Shown in pieces: positions 20,938-31,048 of a stretch of DNA of 60,642 nt. Position numbers and translations under genes: made by a program. The stretch is from Dehalococcoidia bacterium (GTDB taxonomy: Bacteria; Chloroflexota; Dehalococcoidia; SZUA-161; SpSt-899), in NCBI GenBank assembly GCA_028711995.1, contig JAQTRE010000004.1:1-60642 (forward strand). Reading direction: 5' to 3'. How positions within the stretch are numbered: position 1 is the stretch's first letter; each line of letters opens with the position of its first letter. Below the pieces are notes generated by a model. It saw only the letters and a program-made list of their open reading frames with translations. It ran no database searches and was not told the origin of the DNA.

Positions 20938-21846
20938 TCACGTGAGCAGCCGACTCGCCCCCAGCCTGGCCATTTCACCAGCCAAGCGCTCCCCAACCTC
21001 AACCGGATCCGAAGCGCTGCCCATGACTTCCGCACGCAGCATCTGACCGCCTTGAGGCGCAGCCACCATTCCCAGGAGCTGAATCATTCCGCATCTGGCT
21101 CTGCCAAGCGCCGCGATCGGGGCGCGGCATCCTCCGCCCATCGACGCCATGAATGCACGCTCGGCGGTCACCTCCTGCCAAGCAGATTCATTATTCATAA
21201 GAGACACCATCTCTGCTGTGGAAGCATCGTTGGCCCGAATCTCAATCCCTATCGCCCCTTGGCCCACCGCCGGAATAAAGATTTCCGGTGAAAAATACTC
21301 GGCAATTCGATCTTCCAAATCCAGCCGGATCAACGCTGCGGCGGCCATGATAATGCCATCATAATCTCCGGCTGAGACCTTTCGGAGGCGCGTATCGATA
21401 TTGCCCCTCAGGCCGGCGATATGCAGGTCCGGGCGTTGCGCCAGAAGCTGAACTGCCCGACGGGGACTCCCGGTTCCTATCTTGGCCCCCTGAGGAAATT
21501 CGGATAGTTTACCTAATGGTGAGACAAGCACATCCCGCGGGTCAATCCGCTCGGTTACTGAGGCAAGGCTGAGGACTTCCGGAATCAGAGTGGGCATATC
21601 CTTGAGGCTATGCACCGCCATATCGATCCTTCCATCCAGAAGGGCCTCTTCAAGCTCCTTGACGAACACCCCTTCGCCTCCGAGTTGTTCGAGAGAAATC
21701 TCTTTGTTCTGATCTCCGGTGGTGCTGACGGTGATGATCTCAAACTGGATTTCGGGATGAAGTCGGCTCAATTTCTCCAGAACAACTCGAGCTTGAACCT
21801 GCGCCAGCTTGCTGCCTCGTGAACCAATCCGGATGTGGCGTTTCAT
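20938..21846 (-). CDS. hemC: hydroxymethylbilane synthase (porphobilinogen deaminase)
   Basis: IRIGSRGSKLAQVQA.., LRGNIDTRLRK, cofactor Cys in GGGCRAPI. Confidence 0.93.
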   Translation of the reverse strand: MKRHIRIGSRGSKLAQVQARVVLEKLSRLHPEIQFEIITVSTTGDQNKEISLEQLGGEGVFVKELEEALLDGRIDMAVHSLKDMPTLIPEVLSLASVTERIDPRDVLVSPLGKLSEFPQGAKIGTGSPRRAVQLLAQRPDLHIAGLRGNIDTRLRKVSAGDYDGIIMAAAALIRLDLEDRIAEYFSPEIFIPAVGQGAIGIEIRANDASTAEMVSLMNNESAWQEVTAERAFMASMGGGCRAPIAALGRARCGMIQLLGMVAAPQGGQMLRAEVMGSASDPVEVGERLAGEMARLGASRLLT

Positions 21847-21848
21847 TT

Positions 21849-23138
21849 CTACTTCACTTCGTCCAGGGCGAACATCTCCCGTAACAGCCGAACGGCTTCC
21901 TCATTTTGATGTCCGTGCTGCTTGACGTACCGGACGGGATGATCAAGGATCTTATTGACGATCGCGCGGGTCATGGAATCCAGGCTTTCCTGCTGCTCCT
22001 CAGTGAGCGTCGGCAGCTTCTTGAGGGTCATGCTCAACTGGCGCTGACGAATATCCTCAGCCATCTGCATCAGTGCGCCTATCGTCGGTTTGGCCTCCAG
22101 AGTCTGCCACCACTCCAGTAGATGCTCCAGCTCTGCGGTGATGATCGCCAGGGCCTTCTGAACTTCCTTCTCTCGCTCCCCTTTGTTGGTCCCCACCATC
22201 CGATTCAGGTCGTCGATATCGTAAAGAAAGACATTCTCGATCTGCGAGACATCGGGTTCTACATCACGGGGAACAGCGATATCCACAATCGCCAGGGGTT
22301 TTTCCGAACGCCTTTCCATTGACCTCTGAACCACCTCTCGATGGATCACAAAATGAGGTGATCCGGTACAACTGATGACAATATCGGCAGTCGCCATCTC
22401 GTTTTCTATTTCGCGGATATCGATCGCCATGGCTCCGAGGCTGGATGCCAGGCCTTGAGCCCTTTCCACAGACCGGCTGGCCACATAAATCGCCGATGCG
22501 CCTCGTTTCACAAAAGCCTTGGTGGCCAATGTTCCCGCTTCTCCGGCCCCCACCAGGAGGACCCGGCAGGACCGAACATCGGCAGAGACAGCCTTAGTGG
22601 CCAAGTCAACCGCCACCGAACTGACCGAGAGGGCATTCCGGCTGATACCAGTTTCCGCCCTGACTTTTCTGCCAATGGCAATAGCATGGCGGAAAAGCTG
22701 GCGGAGGGCAGGATCGACCATTTTGGCCTTCTCCGCTTCTTCCAGGGCGTCAGCCGTCTGCCCCAGGATTTCGTATTCGCCGAGAATCATGGAGTAAAGC
22801 CCCGATGTTATCTTGCAGAGCCTTCTCATGGCGCGGTAATCGCGGTGGAGATAGAGATAAGGCGTTAGCTCTTCAGCGGAAAGATGAGACCAATCCAGAA
22901 GGAATTGCTTGAGGGCGCGCTCGGTGAAGCGGCTATCATCGCTCAGGGCATAGACTTCGGTTCGATTGCAGGTGGACAAGATGATTCCTCTGGGAACATA
23001 AGTGCGCAGAGAAACCAGAGCCTCCTGAAGCTGTGTTTTGGGAATGACCAGCTTTTCCCGAATCACCAGCGGGGTGGTGCTGTAATTGACGCCAACCGTG
23101 CAGAAACGCGGCCCTTTCAGCTTGCGATCCTCTACCAC
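21849..23138 (-). CDS. hemA: glutamyl-tRNA reductase
   Basis: 429 aa. Catalytic LSTCNRTEVY motif and NADPH-binding LLVGAGEAG. Confidence 0.93.
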   Translation of the reverse strand: MVEDRKLKGPRFCTVGVNYSTTPLVIREKLVIPKTQLQEALVSLRTYVPRGIILSTCNRTEVYALSDDSRFTERALKQFLLDWSHLSAEELTPYLYLHRDYRAMRRLCKITSGLYSMILGEYEILGQTADALEEAEKAKMVDPALRQLFRHAIAIGRKVRAETGISRNALSVSSVAVDLATKAVSADVRSCRVLLVGAGEAGTLATKAFVKRGASAIYVASRSVERAQGLASSLGAMAIDIREIENEMATADIVISCTGSPHFVIHREVVQRSMERRSEKPLAIVDIAVPRDVEPDVSQIENVFLYDIDDLNRMVGTNKGEREKEVQKALAIITAELEHLLEWWQTLEAKPTIGALMQMAEDIRQRQLSMTLKKLPTLTEEQQESLDSMTRAIVNKILDHPVRYVKQHGHQNEEAVRLLREMFALDEVK

Positions 23139-23145
23139 CTTGAAC

Positions 23146-23775
23146 CTATCCTTTTACCAGATTGGCTAACAGCTCTTCTTTGGCCTGTGTGAATTTTCCC
23201 GCGCGTAAGAGTTCGAGAAGGGAAGGAATATCCAGTGCTCGCTGCCAGACATCTTCCCGAATGACAATTTTGCGCGCTTTCAAATCAGATCGAACTTCAT
23301 CGACCAGCGAAACCAGTTGAGCATACTCATCGCTAAAACGCTCTTCCAACTCCGTTCTGATCTTGCGTGCCAGAGCCGGACTCTTTCCATTGGTGGAAAC
23401 AGCCACCGTCAAATCGCCGCGTCGCAGATATGAAGGGACAATGAAATCCGAGATTCTGGGGACATCCACCACATTTATCAATATCCCCCGCCGGTGGGCT
23501 TCTTTAGCCACTCGTTCATTGGTTCGGCTATTATTGGTGGCAGCAATGACCACCCAGGCGCCTTCGAGGTCTACCGATTCATATTCCCGCCGAGCCAATT
23601 TCACCTCGCCCTTGGCAGCCATTTCCTCGATCTGTGAACAGATCTCAGGGCTGATCACGTCTACTTTTGCACCATATTCCAGAAGCATATTCACCTTGCG
23701 CAGACCCACCAGCCCACCACCGATAACGATGCATCTCTTGTCGCTAATATTCAGGAAAACGGGATAGTATGCCAT
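23146..23775 (-). CDS. sirC: precorrin-2 dehydrogenase / sirohydrochlorin ferrochelatase (SirC / CysG N-terminal type)
   Basis: 209 aa. YPVFLNISDKRCIVIGGGLVGLRK Rossmann start. First gene of the hem operon. Confidence 0.85.
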   Translation of the reverse strand: MAYYPVFLNISDKRCIVIGGGLVGLRKVNMLLEYGAKVDVISPEICSQIEEMAAKGEVKLARREYESVDLEGAWVVIAATNNSRTNERVAKEAHRRGILINVVDVPRISDFIVPSYLRRGDLTVAVSTNGKSPALARKIRTELEERFSDEYAQLVSLVDEVRSDLKARKIVIREDVWQRALDIPSLLELLRAGKFTQAKEELLANLVKG

Positions 23776-23980
23776 GATCGTTCCACGCCCCGAGAGACTG
23801 GGAAAATCTATAAGAATCTATAATAGGATACCACGGCGATAAGTCAGGTTCAATCTTCCGAGAACTGCCCTTGATACGAGAATCGCTTGTTTCTATGAGC
23901 GGTGCTCAAATAAGCCCTTTCCCTGGGCCGTCAAGCATTGGGAGTTTTGTCGTTGCTTAGAAAACAGTTTTTAGCCGTCT

Positions 23981-24056
23981 ACCCTGAGCCCTTCGGCTTA
24001 GATCAGGACAGGCTTGTCGAAGGGCCGCTCATGGTTCGACAGGCTCACCACGAACG
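23981..24056. repeat. family B palindromic repeat (opposite orientation, variant half)
   Basis: ..cttgtcgaagggccgctcatggttcgacaggctcaccacgaacgg is the reverse complement of the right arm of the 45026 copy. Confidence 0.8.
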
Positions 24057-24097
24057 GTATTTGATCCTTTGTGCTGGATGAAGCGCCATGCCACCAA

Positions 24098-24134
24098 TAA
24101 AAAACTTCACCCCCGCCAATGGCGGGGGTGAAGT
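24098..24134 (-). terminator. intrinsic terminator downstream of etfA
   Basis: cttcacccccgcc-aat-ggcgggggtgaag hairpin, preceded on the + strand by aaaaaa (a U-run on the minus strand). Confidence 0.7.
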
Positions 24135-24177
24135 TTCAATCGCTATAATCGGATATCGATAAATGGGCTAGGCTATC

Positions 24178-25179
24178 CTATTTGGCCACCAATTCCTTGC
24201 ACTTGGCCACAAACGCCGGCAGCACCTTCTTGTAGTCGCCGACGACGCCAAAGTGAGAAACACCAAAGATATTGGCCTCGCCATCCTTATTAATGGCGAC
24301 GATGTTCTTTGAACCGGTCATTCCCGCCAGATGCTGGCTGGAACCGGAAAGCGCTATGCCGATATAGAGGGTGGGTGCGACGATCTTGCCGGTGAGCCCA
24401 ATCTGGTTGATGGTGGGAACCCATCCGGAGTCGCACGGAGGCCTTGTGGCACCAACGGCGCCATTGAGCATCTTGGCCAGGTCAGCCAGTACGGTCTTGA
24501 AGGGATCCGGACCGCCCATGCCGCGGCCGCCGCAAATCACCACTGCGGCATCCTCGAGCTTGATTCCAGCCACTTCCTCTTTGACCCTATTGACCATTTT
24601 GCCTCTGACTTTGGATGCGTCCAGAGCCGGATCGAAGGCTTTCACTTCGCCTTTACGTGAGGCATCCTTGGGCAACGGTTCCATCGATTTCACCCGGATG
24701 GTCGCCATCTGAGGACGATCCTCGCCCACATACATCGCCAACGCATTGCCGCCGTAGACCGGTTTTGTCTTCTGCATCAACTTGGTTTCCGGATCGATAG
24801 CCAGCGCAACGCAGTCGAGCGTGACGCCCGTCCCGAGCCTGAACCCCAACCTTGGCCCCAGATCACGCCCCGTTGCAGTCTGCCCCAGCAGCACGATCTC
24901 CGGATTAGTCTCTTTGACCAGCTTCTCCAAGGCTCCCACGTAGGCATCGGTTAGATAGTCTTTGAACATGGGGTTATCGATGACATAGACCTTGTCGGCG
25001 CCGAGAGCGACGGCCTCATTAGCCAGATCGCCTACGCCACTGCCGATCAACACTGCAGAGAGATTTTGACCCAGGCTATCGGCGAGTTTGCGACCGATCC
25101 CCAGAAGCTCTCCTGTAATCGAAGCAAGCTTCCCTTCCAGAAGCTCGCCTACAATCAAAACGCCTTTATTCTCCGACAT
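24178..25179 (-). CDS. etfA: electron transfer flavoprotein alpha subunit
   Basis: 333 aa. C-terminal FAD-binding region [23 protein letters not shown]. Confidence 0.92.
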   Translation of the reverse strand: MSENKGVLIVGELLEGKLASITGELLGIGRKLADSLGQNLSAVLIGSGVGDLANEAVALGADKVYVIDNPMFKDYLTDAYVGALEKLVKETNPEIVLLGQTATGRDLGPRLGFRLGTGVTLDCVALAIDPETKLMQKTKPVYGGNALAMYVGEDRPQMATIRVKSMEPLPKDASRKGEVKAFDPALDASKVRGKMVNRVKEEVAGIKLEDAAVVICGGRGMGGPDPFKTVLADLAKMLNGAVGATRPPCDSGWVPTINQIGLTGKIVAPTLYIGIALSGSSQHLAGMTGSKNIVAINKDGEANIFGVSHFGVVGDYKKVLPAFVAKCKELVAK

Positions 25180-25207
25180 TTCTTCCTCCTATCAATTTTG
25201 GCAAACC

Positions 25208-25990
25208 CTAGAACAGCTTGGCTTCTCTGAGCCTGACTGCCAATTTGGCACCAGCTTCTTCGGGGGTCTCGCCGGTGATGAATTCGCACTTAGCTTCGCG
25301 AACCGGAATAAAGAGCTTAAGCATCTTGTTCTTGGCCGCCACTGCCGGCACGTCCTTGGAACTCCAGTTGGTGACCTTTTTCTTGGCTGCCGCCATAATG
25401 CCCTTAAGGGTAGCATATCGCGGTTCACCGATCTCATTGCTCACCGTGACCAACACCGGCAGAGGAACCTCAACCACTTCATAACCATCCGGCAGAATGC
25501 GCTCCACCACTGCCGTGCCATCCTTTACCTGGATCTTCTTGATCGCCGTCACGCTCGGAATTCCTAACAGCTCGGCGATGCCTGATCCAACCTGACCCGC
25601 ATCCCAGTCCGCTTCCTGTCTGCCGCAAAAGATAATGTCGCACGGGCCTATCTTCTTGATGGCCTCAGCCAGAATAGAAGCCGTGGCAAAACTATCGGAA
25701 TCATCGAACGCCGGGTCAGTAAGCTGCACACCTTCGTCTCCACCCATCGCCAACCCGTGTTTTATGACTTCCTTGGCCGAGTCTCCGCCCATTGATAGCA
25801 CGGTCACCTTGGTGCCCGCATTGGCATCCTTGACCTTCAGCGCAGCCTCGACCGCGCTCTCGTCATAGGGACTGATGACCATCGGTTTTTCCTTGGGTGG
25901 GATCGCTCGTTTCTTCTCAGGGTCGATCTTGAAAGAAGCCGCGGGCGTTTCCGGATCAAACACCTGCTTAACGCAAACGATCAGGTTCAT
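25208..25990 (-). CDS. etfB: electron transfer flavoprotein beta subunit
   Basis: Real start is MNLIVCVKQVFDPE at 25990, preceded by an aggagg SD. The 87-codon N-terminal extension in the track (to 26251) has no ETF homology. Confidence 0.9.
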   Translation of the reverse strand: MNLIVCVKQVFDPETPAASFKIDPEKKRAIPPKEKPMVISPYDESAVEAALKVKDANAGTKVTVLSMGGDSAKEVIKHGLAMGGDEGVQLTDPAFDDSDSFATASILAEAIKKIGPCDIIFCGRQEADWDAGQVGSGIAELLGIPSVTAIKKIQVKDGTAVVERILPDGYEVVEVPLPVLVTVSNEIGEPRYATLKGIMAAAKKKVTNWSSKDVPAVAAKNKMLKLFIPVREAKCEFITGETPEEAGAKLAVRLREAKLF

Positions 25991-26250
25991 TTTGAATCCT
26001 CCTTCATACATATAAGAAGCATTGGCGCCAACTCTGGACCAATGCCTCTGGGAACCCCGTGTTGAATTTATCATAGAGCCAGAGTTGGTGTCAAGAAAAA
26101 TTCTCCCTGAAAACAACGATTCACGGCAGTCGCCTTTCGCCATTGGATTAAAGGAGCCCACAACAGTCATGCCGATAGAGAAAACAAAAGAAGGTGAGGT
26201 AAAAAGTTGAGCCTTCCGCGATTTGAAGCCAGGATGATCCCAGAAAAGCA

Positions 26251-26280
26251 ATAGCTAGCCTCCCGTGGGAGGCTAGCTAT
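26251..26280. terminator. hairpin terminator downstream of the fibro-slime gene
   Basis: atagctagcctccc-gtg-ggaggctagctat followed by tttt. Perfect 13-bp stem. Confidence 0.6.
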
Positions 26281-26316
26281 TTTACTTTCAACAAGCTCAA
26301 CTGTTGGCAGAAAAAC

Positions 26317-27180
26317 TTATACTACTTCTGCATGCTTGCGGCGTGCCACCCAGACAAGGCCTCCCAAGGCAAAAATGCCAAAGGCTATGAGGATAATTGT
26401 CGAGAGTTCCGGCGTCGGCGCGGTGGCGCACAACTGCGAATCGACCGTGTGGCGCTCAGCAAAGAACAGATCGAATGTGTGAGACCCTGTCTCACTAAGG
26501 CCCAATTCATCAAAGTTGACGGAGTGGAGTGCACTGGAGGCCGATGCCGCATCGTGAACACCGCCCAGATCGACCACCAGGTTGCCATCGATGAACACCC
26601 ATAGATCGTCGTCACTGAAGAATTGCAGCGTTCGGCCTTGCATCTGCTGGTAGGTGAAATCCGTGTGTAGCTGCAATGTGAAGTGATAGTTGTGGCTGAA
26701 CCCCTCATTTCCCAGTAGTATATCGTCGATAGGGAAGAAAGTAGTGTCCGAGAACACGTATAATTCTGATCCCGGAGACTTTTCCGTAAATGTCATGCTG
26801 TATGGCATGCTCTGATTGAAGGAATTGTCGGAATACCACTGCTTGAGAGAAGTCTCACTCATTATTGCCGCATCGGCCCAGTGGTTAGAATAGCTCGGAT
26901 TGAGATCAGGTGTACCGTCCACTCCAAGCGTATTCATGACCAATCCCGTCCTCACTCCATATCCATTGGCTGGCTGAACTCCGAAGTCAGAATGTCCCGT
27001 GACTCCGTTATTGTTGTTGCCTGAGTATTGGAAATCGCGGATCGTCCCCGTCAGGGTGATGGTGTCGTTGCCCGTCGGTGCAGGCGTGCAATCTTCACCT
27101 TCACACGCGGCAGCCACTGTTGGAATGGCCAGAACCGCCATCAAGATTAACATTAGAGCACCAAGAACCAGTTTTCTCAT
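26317..27180 (-). CDS. secreted fibro-slime (PA14-like) domain protein with PEP-CTERM-like C-terminal anchor
   Basis: 287 aa. Signal peptide MRKLVLGALMLILMAVLAIPTVAAA. Fibro-slime core TGTIRDF..GHSDF..FFPID..FTLQLHTDFTY..FFSDDDLWVFIDGNLVVDLGGVH..FDLFFAERH. C-terminus APTPELSTIILIAFGIFALGGLVWVARRKHAEVV. Confidence 0.8.
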   Translation of the reverse strand: MRKLVLGALMLILMAVLAIPTVAAACEGEDCTPAPTGNDTITLTGTIRDFQYSGNNNNGVTGHSDFGVQPANGYGVRTGLVMNTLGVDGTPDLNPSYSNHWADAAIMSETSLKQWYSDNSFNQSMPYSMTFTEKSPGSELYVFSDTTFFPIDDILLGNEGFSHNYHFTLQLHTDFTYQQMQGRTLQFFSDDDLWVFIDGNLVVDLGGVHDAASASSALHSVNFDELGLSETGSHTFDLFFAERHTVDSQLCATAPTPELSTIILIAFGIFALGGLVWVARRKHAEVV

Positions 27181-27428
27181 TTTCCCTCCTTTTTTTGTTC
27201 CTCGATCATTTCTGCATATATAGGCCTACTTGGTTCAAGATTAGCAACTCCAGGTCAATACGCCAGTAAGAGGACGGTAAATTTCTGTAGACGTTCGGTG
27301 GAGATTGAGTGAAGATTCGGTAACATTGGGGAAGGTTTCGAATAAGCGGCCATGAGGTTTGGCCTACCGCCAGTTGATGCGCCACTTTAGGTTGGAGATA
27401 GGCTGCAAGCACAAGCAGACGCCAACAG

Positions 27429-27476
27429 AAAACCAAAAGATCGAGCCTCCTTCGGGAGGCTCGATCTTTTGGTTTT
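27429..27476 (-). terminator. long hairpin terminator downstream of 27502..28215
   Basis: aaaaccaaaagatcgagcctcc-ttcg-ggaggctcgatcttttggtttt. 22-bp perfect stem. Confidence 0.65.
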
Positions 27477-27501
27477 CGACTATCGTAATTGAAGGAGGAA
27501 T

Positions 27502-28215
27502 CTACACAGCTTCTGCGTGTTTGCGGCGTGCCATCCAGACAAAGCCACCAAGAGCCAGAACGCCCAGCGTCAGCAGAATCACGGTTGAAACTTCAGGCGT
27601 AGGAGCGAGAGGTATTCCTCTATTGGCTACAGCCGATGTCTTAGACTCGCCATCCACCCATACCTGGGTATGGACATTTAGGTCATAACACTGATTAGGG
27701 GATAGTCTCATGGATGCTTCCCATCCGTCAGCGATGGAACGGCCATCAGCATTGTCTCGCTGGTTGATCCACTGGAAGTCGGGAGGTGTTCCATCATTCC
27801 CATAGGTACCATCAACGAGCTTGGTGTCGTTTCCCAGCTTCACAAAGGATTCTTCCTCCAATGCCGTTCCGGCGAGTATGAGCACCCCTGGCTCGGCCAG
27901 AACCAAGACATACAACACTCCATCATCGCAGTCATATTTCACATAGAGTTTGGACAGAAGGGCATAATTGGGTTTAGTAGGGTCGGGTTCACCAGCATTA
28001 AACATGTTGGCAAAGAAATCCGTGTCGGCAGCCGATTCATCCAGCACCCATTCACCTTTGTCCCCATCGACAATTGCTGTGCCGCACTTCGGCTGATCGC
28101 ATGGCCCACATGTTGGTGGCGGCGGTGGCGGTGGTTTGGTTGCCATGGCTATCCCGGGCATGACCAGCATTGCAACCAGGATGATCACGGGTACCAGAAA
28201 CAGCAGTTTCTTCAT
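27502..28215 (-). CDS. secreted protein (unknown domain) with poly-Pro linker and the same PEP-CTERM-like C-terminal anchor
   Basis: Start MKKLLFLVPVIILVAMLVMPGIAMA at 28215 with an aaggag SD. KPPPPPPPTCGPC linker. C-terminus APTPEVSTVILLTLGVLALGGFVWMARRKHAEAV, near-identical to that of the neighbouring gene. Confidence 0.7.
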   Translation of the reverse strand: MKKLLFLVPVIILVAMLVMPGIAMATKPPPPPPPTCGPCDQPKCGTAIVDGDKGEWVLDESAADTDFFANMFNAGEPDPTKPNYALLSKLYVKYDCDDGVLYVLVLAEPGVLILAGTALEEESFVKLGNDTKLVDGTYGNDGTPPDFQWINQRDNADGRSIADGWEASMRLSPNQCYDLNVHTQVWVDGESKTSAVANRGIPLAPTPEVSTVILLTLGVLALGGFVWMARRKHAEAV

Positions 28216-28355
28216 TCTTTTCTCCTTGAACGAATGTGCATTCACAATTGATGACATTACACGAAAACTAGGGGGAAGTCAGTACATGAAAGGTTAAGAA
28301 TTGGTAAATATTCGGTAGCTTCATTGATCAGCCATTACCAGGAGCCCTAACTCGG

Positions 28356-28976
28356 CTATCCCAGATGGCTGACGTCGTTAAACAGAGTGAGAGATGTTCC
28401 CCACTCGTGAGTGTCCAGTATCGCTAGAGCGGCATTGCTCAGCCGCAGTTGCCACCAATGGTCCAGTCCAATACCGAGAAGCTCACACAACAGCACCTGC
28501 AGGGGTCCGCCATGGGCGACGATCAAGATGGAATCATCCTCGCCATGCGCTTCCAGCACCTTGATAAACTCTTTGACCCTCTCGGCCACGTGAGAGAGGC
28601 TTTCACCATTTGGCGCGCACACATCAGCCGCCCGATTCCTCCAAGCCATCCGTTCGGTCAGGCGGTCCGGAAACCGCTGTTTCATCTCTTCCCAGTCCAA
28701 GCCCTCAAAATCGCCGAAATCCATCTCCCTCAGCAGGGCCGTTTCCTGAATTGATCCTGCTCCATTGTGCCTTGAGGCGATGATCTCAGCCGTTTTTACA
28801 GCCCGTTTCATATCGCTGGCGTAAATGAAGTCGATCTTCTCCGCCGCCAGCCGTTTCCCAAGCTCCTGGGCCTGCCGGATGCCGGTTTCATTCAGATCGA
28901 TATCGCTCTGACCCTGATACCGGAGTTGCCGATTCCACTCCGTCTCGCCGTGCCTTACAAGTATGAACCTAGCCAA
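28356..28976 (-). CDS. cobC: histidine-phosphatase family protein, alpha-ribazole phosphatase by context
   Basis: RFILVRHGETEWN RHG motif. Last gene of the cobT-cobS-cobC operon. Confidence 0.75.
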   Translation of the reverse strand: MARFILVRHGETEWNRQLRYQGQSDIDLNETGIRQAQELGKRLAAEKIDFIYASDMKRAVKTAEIIASRHNGAGSIQETALLREMDFGDFEGLDWEEMKQRFPDRLTERMAWRNRAADVCAPNGESLSHVAERVKEFIKVLEAHGEDDSILIVAHGGPLQVLLCELLGIGLDHWWQLRLSNAALAILDTHEWGTSLTLFNDVSHLG

Positions 28977-29722
28977 CTAGTCCCTCCTGCCTCTCCTATT
29001 ATAGCAAGTGACACCAAAACACACACCTCAGTGATTTCGATCATCGCCCCGTAGGTATCGCCGGTGAGCCCCCCGAGCCGGGAGGCAAAAAGCCTGGCCA
29101 CTGAAAAGGTGACCAACCAGATTCCCGCCAGGATTGCCGGCCCCAGATAAGTCATGAAAGCCGAGGCTATCACCAGGGTGATCAGCGTGGCACTGGCAAA
29201 AGTGAACAAGCTCATCTTCTCCTTATACGCCTGTCCCAATCCTTCCCTTTTGGCTGAGGGAAAAGCGAATAAGGCATAGGCCGCGCTCCACCGGCCCAGC
29301 GTCGGCATCAACAAGAGTGCAGCGGGTATGAGTTCCACGGGCAACGATATTAGTGAAACATATTTGAGCAGGATGAGCGAGCCGGCAGCCACTACCCCGA
29401 ATCCTCCTACATGGCTGTCGTCCATGATTTTGAGGCGCTCGGCAGCAGACTTTCTCACCGCGAATCCATCGAAGGTGTCCATCAGTCCGTCAAGATGAAG
29501 CGCTCCGGTGAAGATGATAAGCGCCACAACAAGCCAAGCGCTGACCAGAATCGGCGGCATGAACAGATCGAACAGCTGATCAAAGCCCAGCAGAAAAGAC
29601 CCGAGTATGAACCCAACCAGCGGGAAATAAGCCGCTGAGGAACCGATCCCTTTTTGATCGATTCCCGCGTCCTTCGGTGAGGGGAATATGGTCAAAAATC
29701 GCCAGGCTGTCCAGAATCCCAT
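28955..29722 (-). CDS. cobS: adenosylcobinamide-GDP ribazoletransferase (cobalamin synthase)
   Basis: 255-aa polytopic membrane protein. FLTIFP.., HLDGLMDTFDG motif typical of CobS. Confidence 0.88.
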   Translation of the reverse strand: MGFWTAWRFLTIFPSPKDAGIDQKGIGSSAAYFPLVGFILGSFLLGFDQLFDLFMPPILVSAWLVVALIIFTGALHLDGLMDTFDGFAVRKSAAERLKIMDDSHVGGFGVVAAGSLILLKYVSLISLPVELIPAALLLMPTLGRWSAAYALFAFPSAKREGLGQAYKEKMSLFTFASATLITLVIASAFMTYLGPAILAGIWLVTFSVARLFASRLGGLTGDTYGAMIEITEVCVLVSLAIIGEAGGTSWLGSYL

Positions 29723-29731
29723 TTTTCTCCC

Positions 29732-30790
29732 CTACGTCGCTTCTGATACTCCGGCCTCATCGAAGGTGGCCATCTCATCAAGAATTCGGGCAGATGCTTC
29801 AACGATGTTCATCGCTAACGCTGCTCCGGTACCCTCACCGAGCCGCATATCGAAATCCAACACCGGCTTCAACCCCATATGATCCAACAGCACTCTATGC
29901 CCGGATTCCACCGAGAGATGGGCGGCGATGAAGTAATCCTTTGTAACAGGGGCCAGCCCCGCCGCAATGAGCGCCGCCGCGCCTGAGATAAAGCCATCGA
30001 TCACCACCGGAACACGGTTTGCCGCCGCACCCAGCATCACCCCGGCAAGCCCCCCGATCTCAAATCCTCCCACTTTTGCCAGCACATCAAGCGCATCTTG
30101 CGGGTTGGGCCGGTTGATTTGCAACGCCTTCTCAATCATTTTGATCTTCTGCGCCAGTTGATCATCACCCAGACCCGTGCCCCGTCCGGTGACCCTTTCC
30201 ACCGGCATTCCCGTCATGCAAGCACAAATAGCGCTTGAGGCTGTGGTGTTGCCGATGCCCATATCGCCCGTCCCTACGATATCCAGCCCCCTGGCAATCT
30301 CGGACTCGACCACTCTTATCCCGGCCTCTATGGCATCCAGCGCTTGCCTTCGGCTCATCGCTGGGCCTTTGGTCATGTCACGGGTCCCGAAATCAATCAT
30401 CTCGCAAATGAGTTTGGGGTTGGGCTCAAATCCACCGATGACCCCCATGTCGACCACTACAACCCGCGCTCCCATATGCCGGGCCAACACGTTAATGGCC
30501 GCTCCTCCATTCACAAAGTTGAGCACCATCTGCCGGGTGACCTCCTGCGGATAGAGGCTGACGCCTGCAGCGGCTACGCCGTGATCGGCAGCCATAACGA
30601 TGATAGCCTTCCGCTGAATCTTCGGCCGGGGATTGGCGGTTATGCCCGCCAGTCTGATGGAAAGCTCCTCAAGCTTCCCCAAGCTCCCCTGAGGTTTGGT
30701 AAGCTGGTCCTGCCGCATTCGGGCCGCATCAATGGATGATCGATCCAACGGCTTGATGGACCTTACGGTCTGTTCTAAAGATTCTGCCAT
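29732..30790 (-). CDS. cobT: nicotinate-nucleotide--dimethylbenzimidazole phosphoribosyltransferase
   Basis: LTKPQGSLGKLEEL.., GTGDMGIGNTTASSAI, MRLGEGTGAALA. The ATG at 30790 (MAESLEQ) is preferred over the longer track ORF. Confidence 0.92.
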   Translation of the reverse strand: MAESLEQTVRSIKPLDRSSIDAARMRQDQLTKPQGSLGKLEELSIRLAGITANPRPKIQRKAIIVMAADHGVAAAGVSLYPQEVTRQMVLNFVNGGAAINVLARHMGARVVVVDMGVIGGFEPNPKLICEMIDFGTRDMTKGPAMSRRQALDAIEAGIRVVESEIARGLDIVGTGDMGIGNTTASSAICACMTGMPVERVTGRGTGLGDDQLAQKIKMIEKALQINRPNPQDALDVLAKVGGFEIGGLAGVMLGAAANRVPVVIDGFISGAAALIAAGLAPVTKDYFIAAHLSVESGHRVLLDHMGLKPVLDFDMRLGEGTGAALAMNIVEASARILDEMATFDEAGVSEAT

Positions 30791-30824
30791 TAGCTTGCTC
30801 CTTATTGTTTTTGGCCGGCTACAA

Positions 30825-31048
30825 AACAAAAAATCCCTAAACCACTTATCTGGCTTAGGGATTTACCATCTCCCACGCACTCCGCCTTGAAGGCTTTGAG
30901 GGGATTTGCTGGCAGGTCTTCTGACTCCTGGGTCTTCCTACTCCTGGAGGCCTTCCCATTCCGTTAACACAGAACAGTGGCAGTTTCTCGAGTTTCGTCT
31001 CCAATCACAGCGGCGGGACCGCGACTGATTTTCACAGTCTTCCCTTTT
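30825..31048 (-). promoter_or_regulatory. cobalamin (AdoCbl) riboswitch with terminator-type expression platform, leader of cobT-cobS-cobC
   Basis: The minus strand reads ..gggaagactGTGAAAATCagtcgc..GCCACTG (rc of 30975-30981)..GGGAAGGCc..AGTCAGAAGACCTGCC (B12 box, rc of 30911-30926). This is followed by the hairpin aaatccctaa(n)ttagggattttttgtttt (30832-30864), immediately before the cobT SD. Confidence 0.9.

Noticed and set aside
25991-26251. 87-codon N-terminal extension of etfB. There is an analogous extension of the lipoprotein ORF at 32726..33061, and the radA extension at 47880..47945.
   Set aside because: Internal starts with SD sequences coincide with the conserved family N-termini. 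The extensions overlap a neighbouring gene or a repeat.
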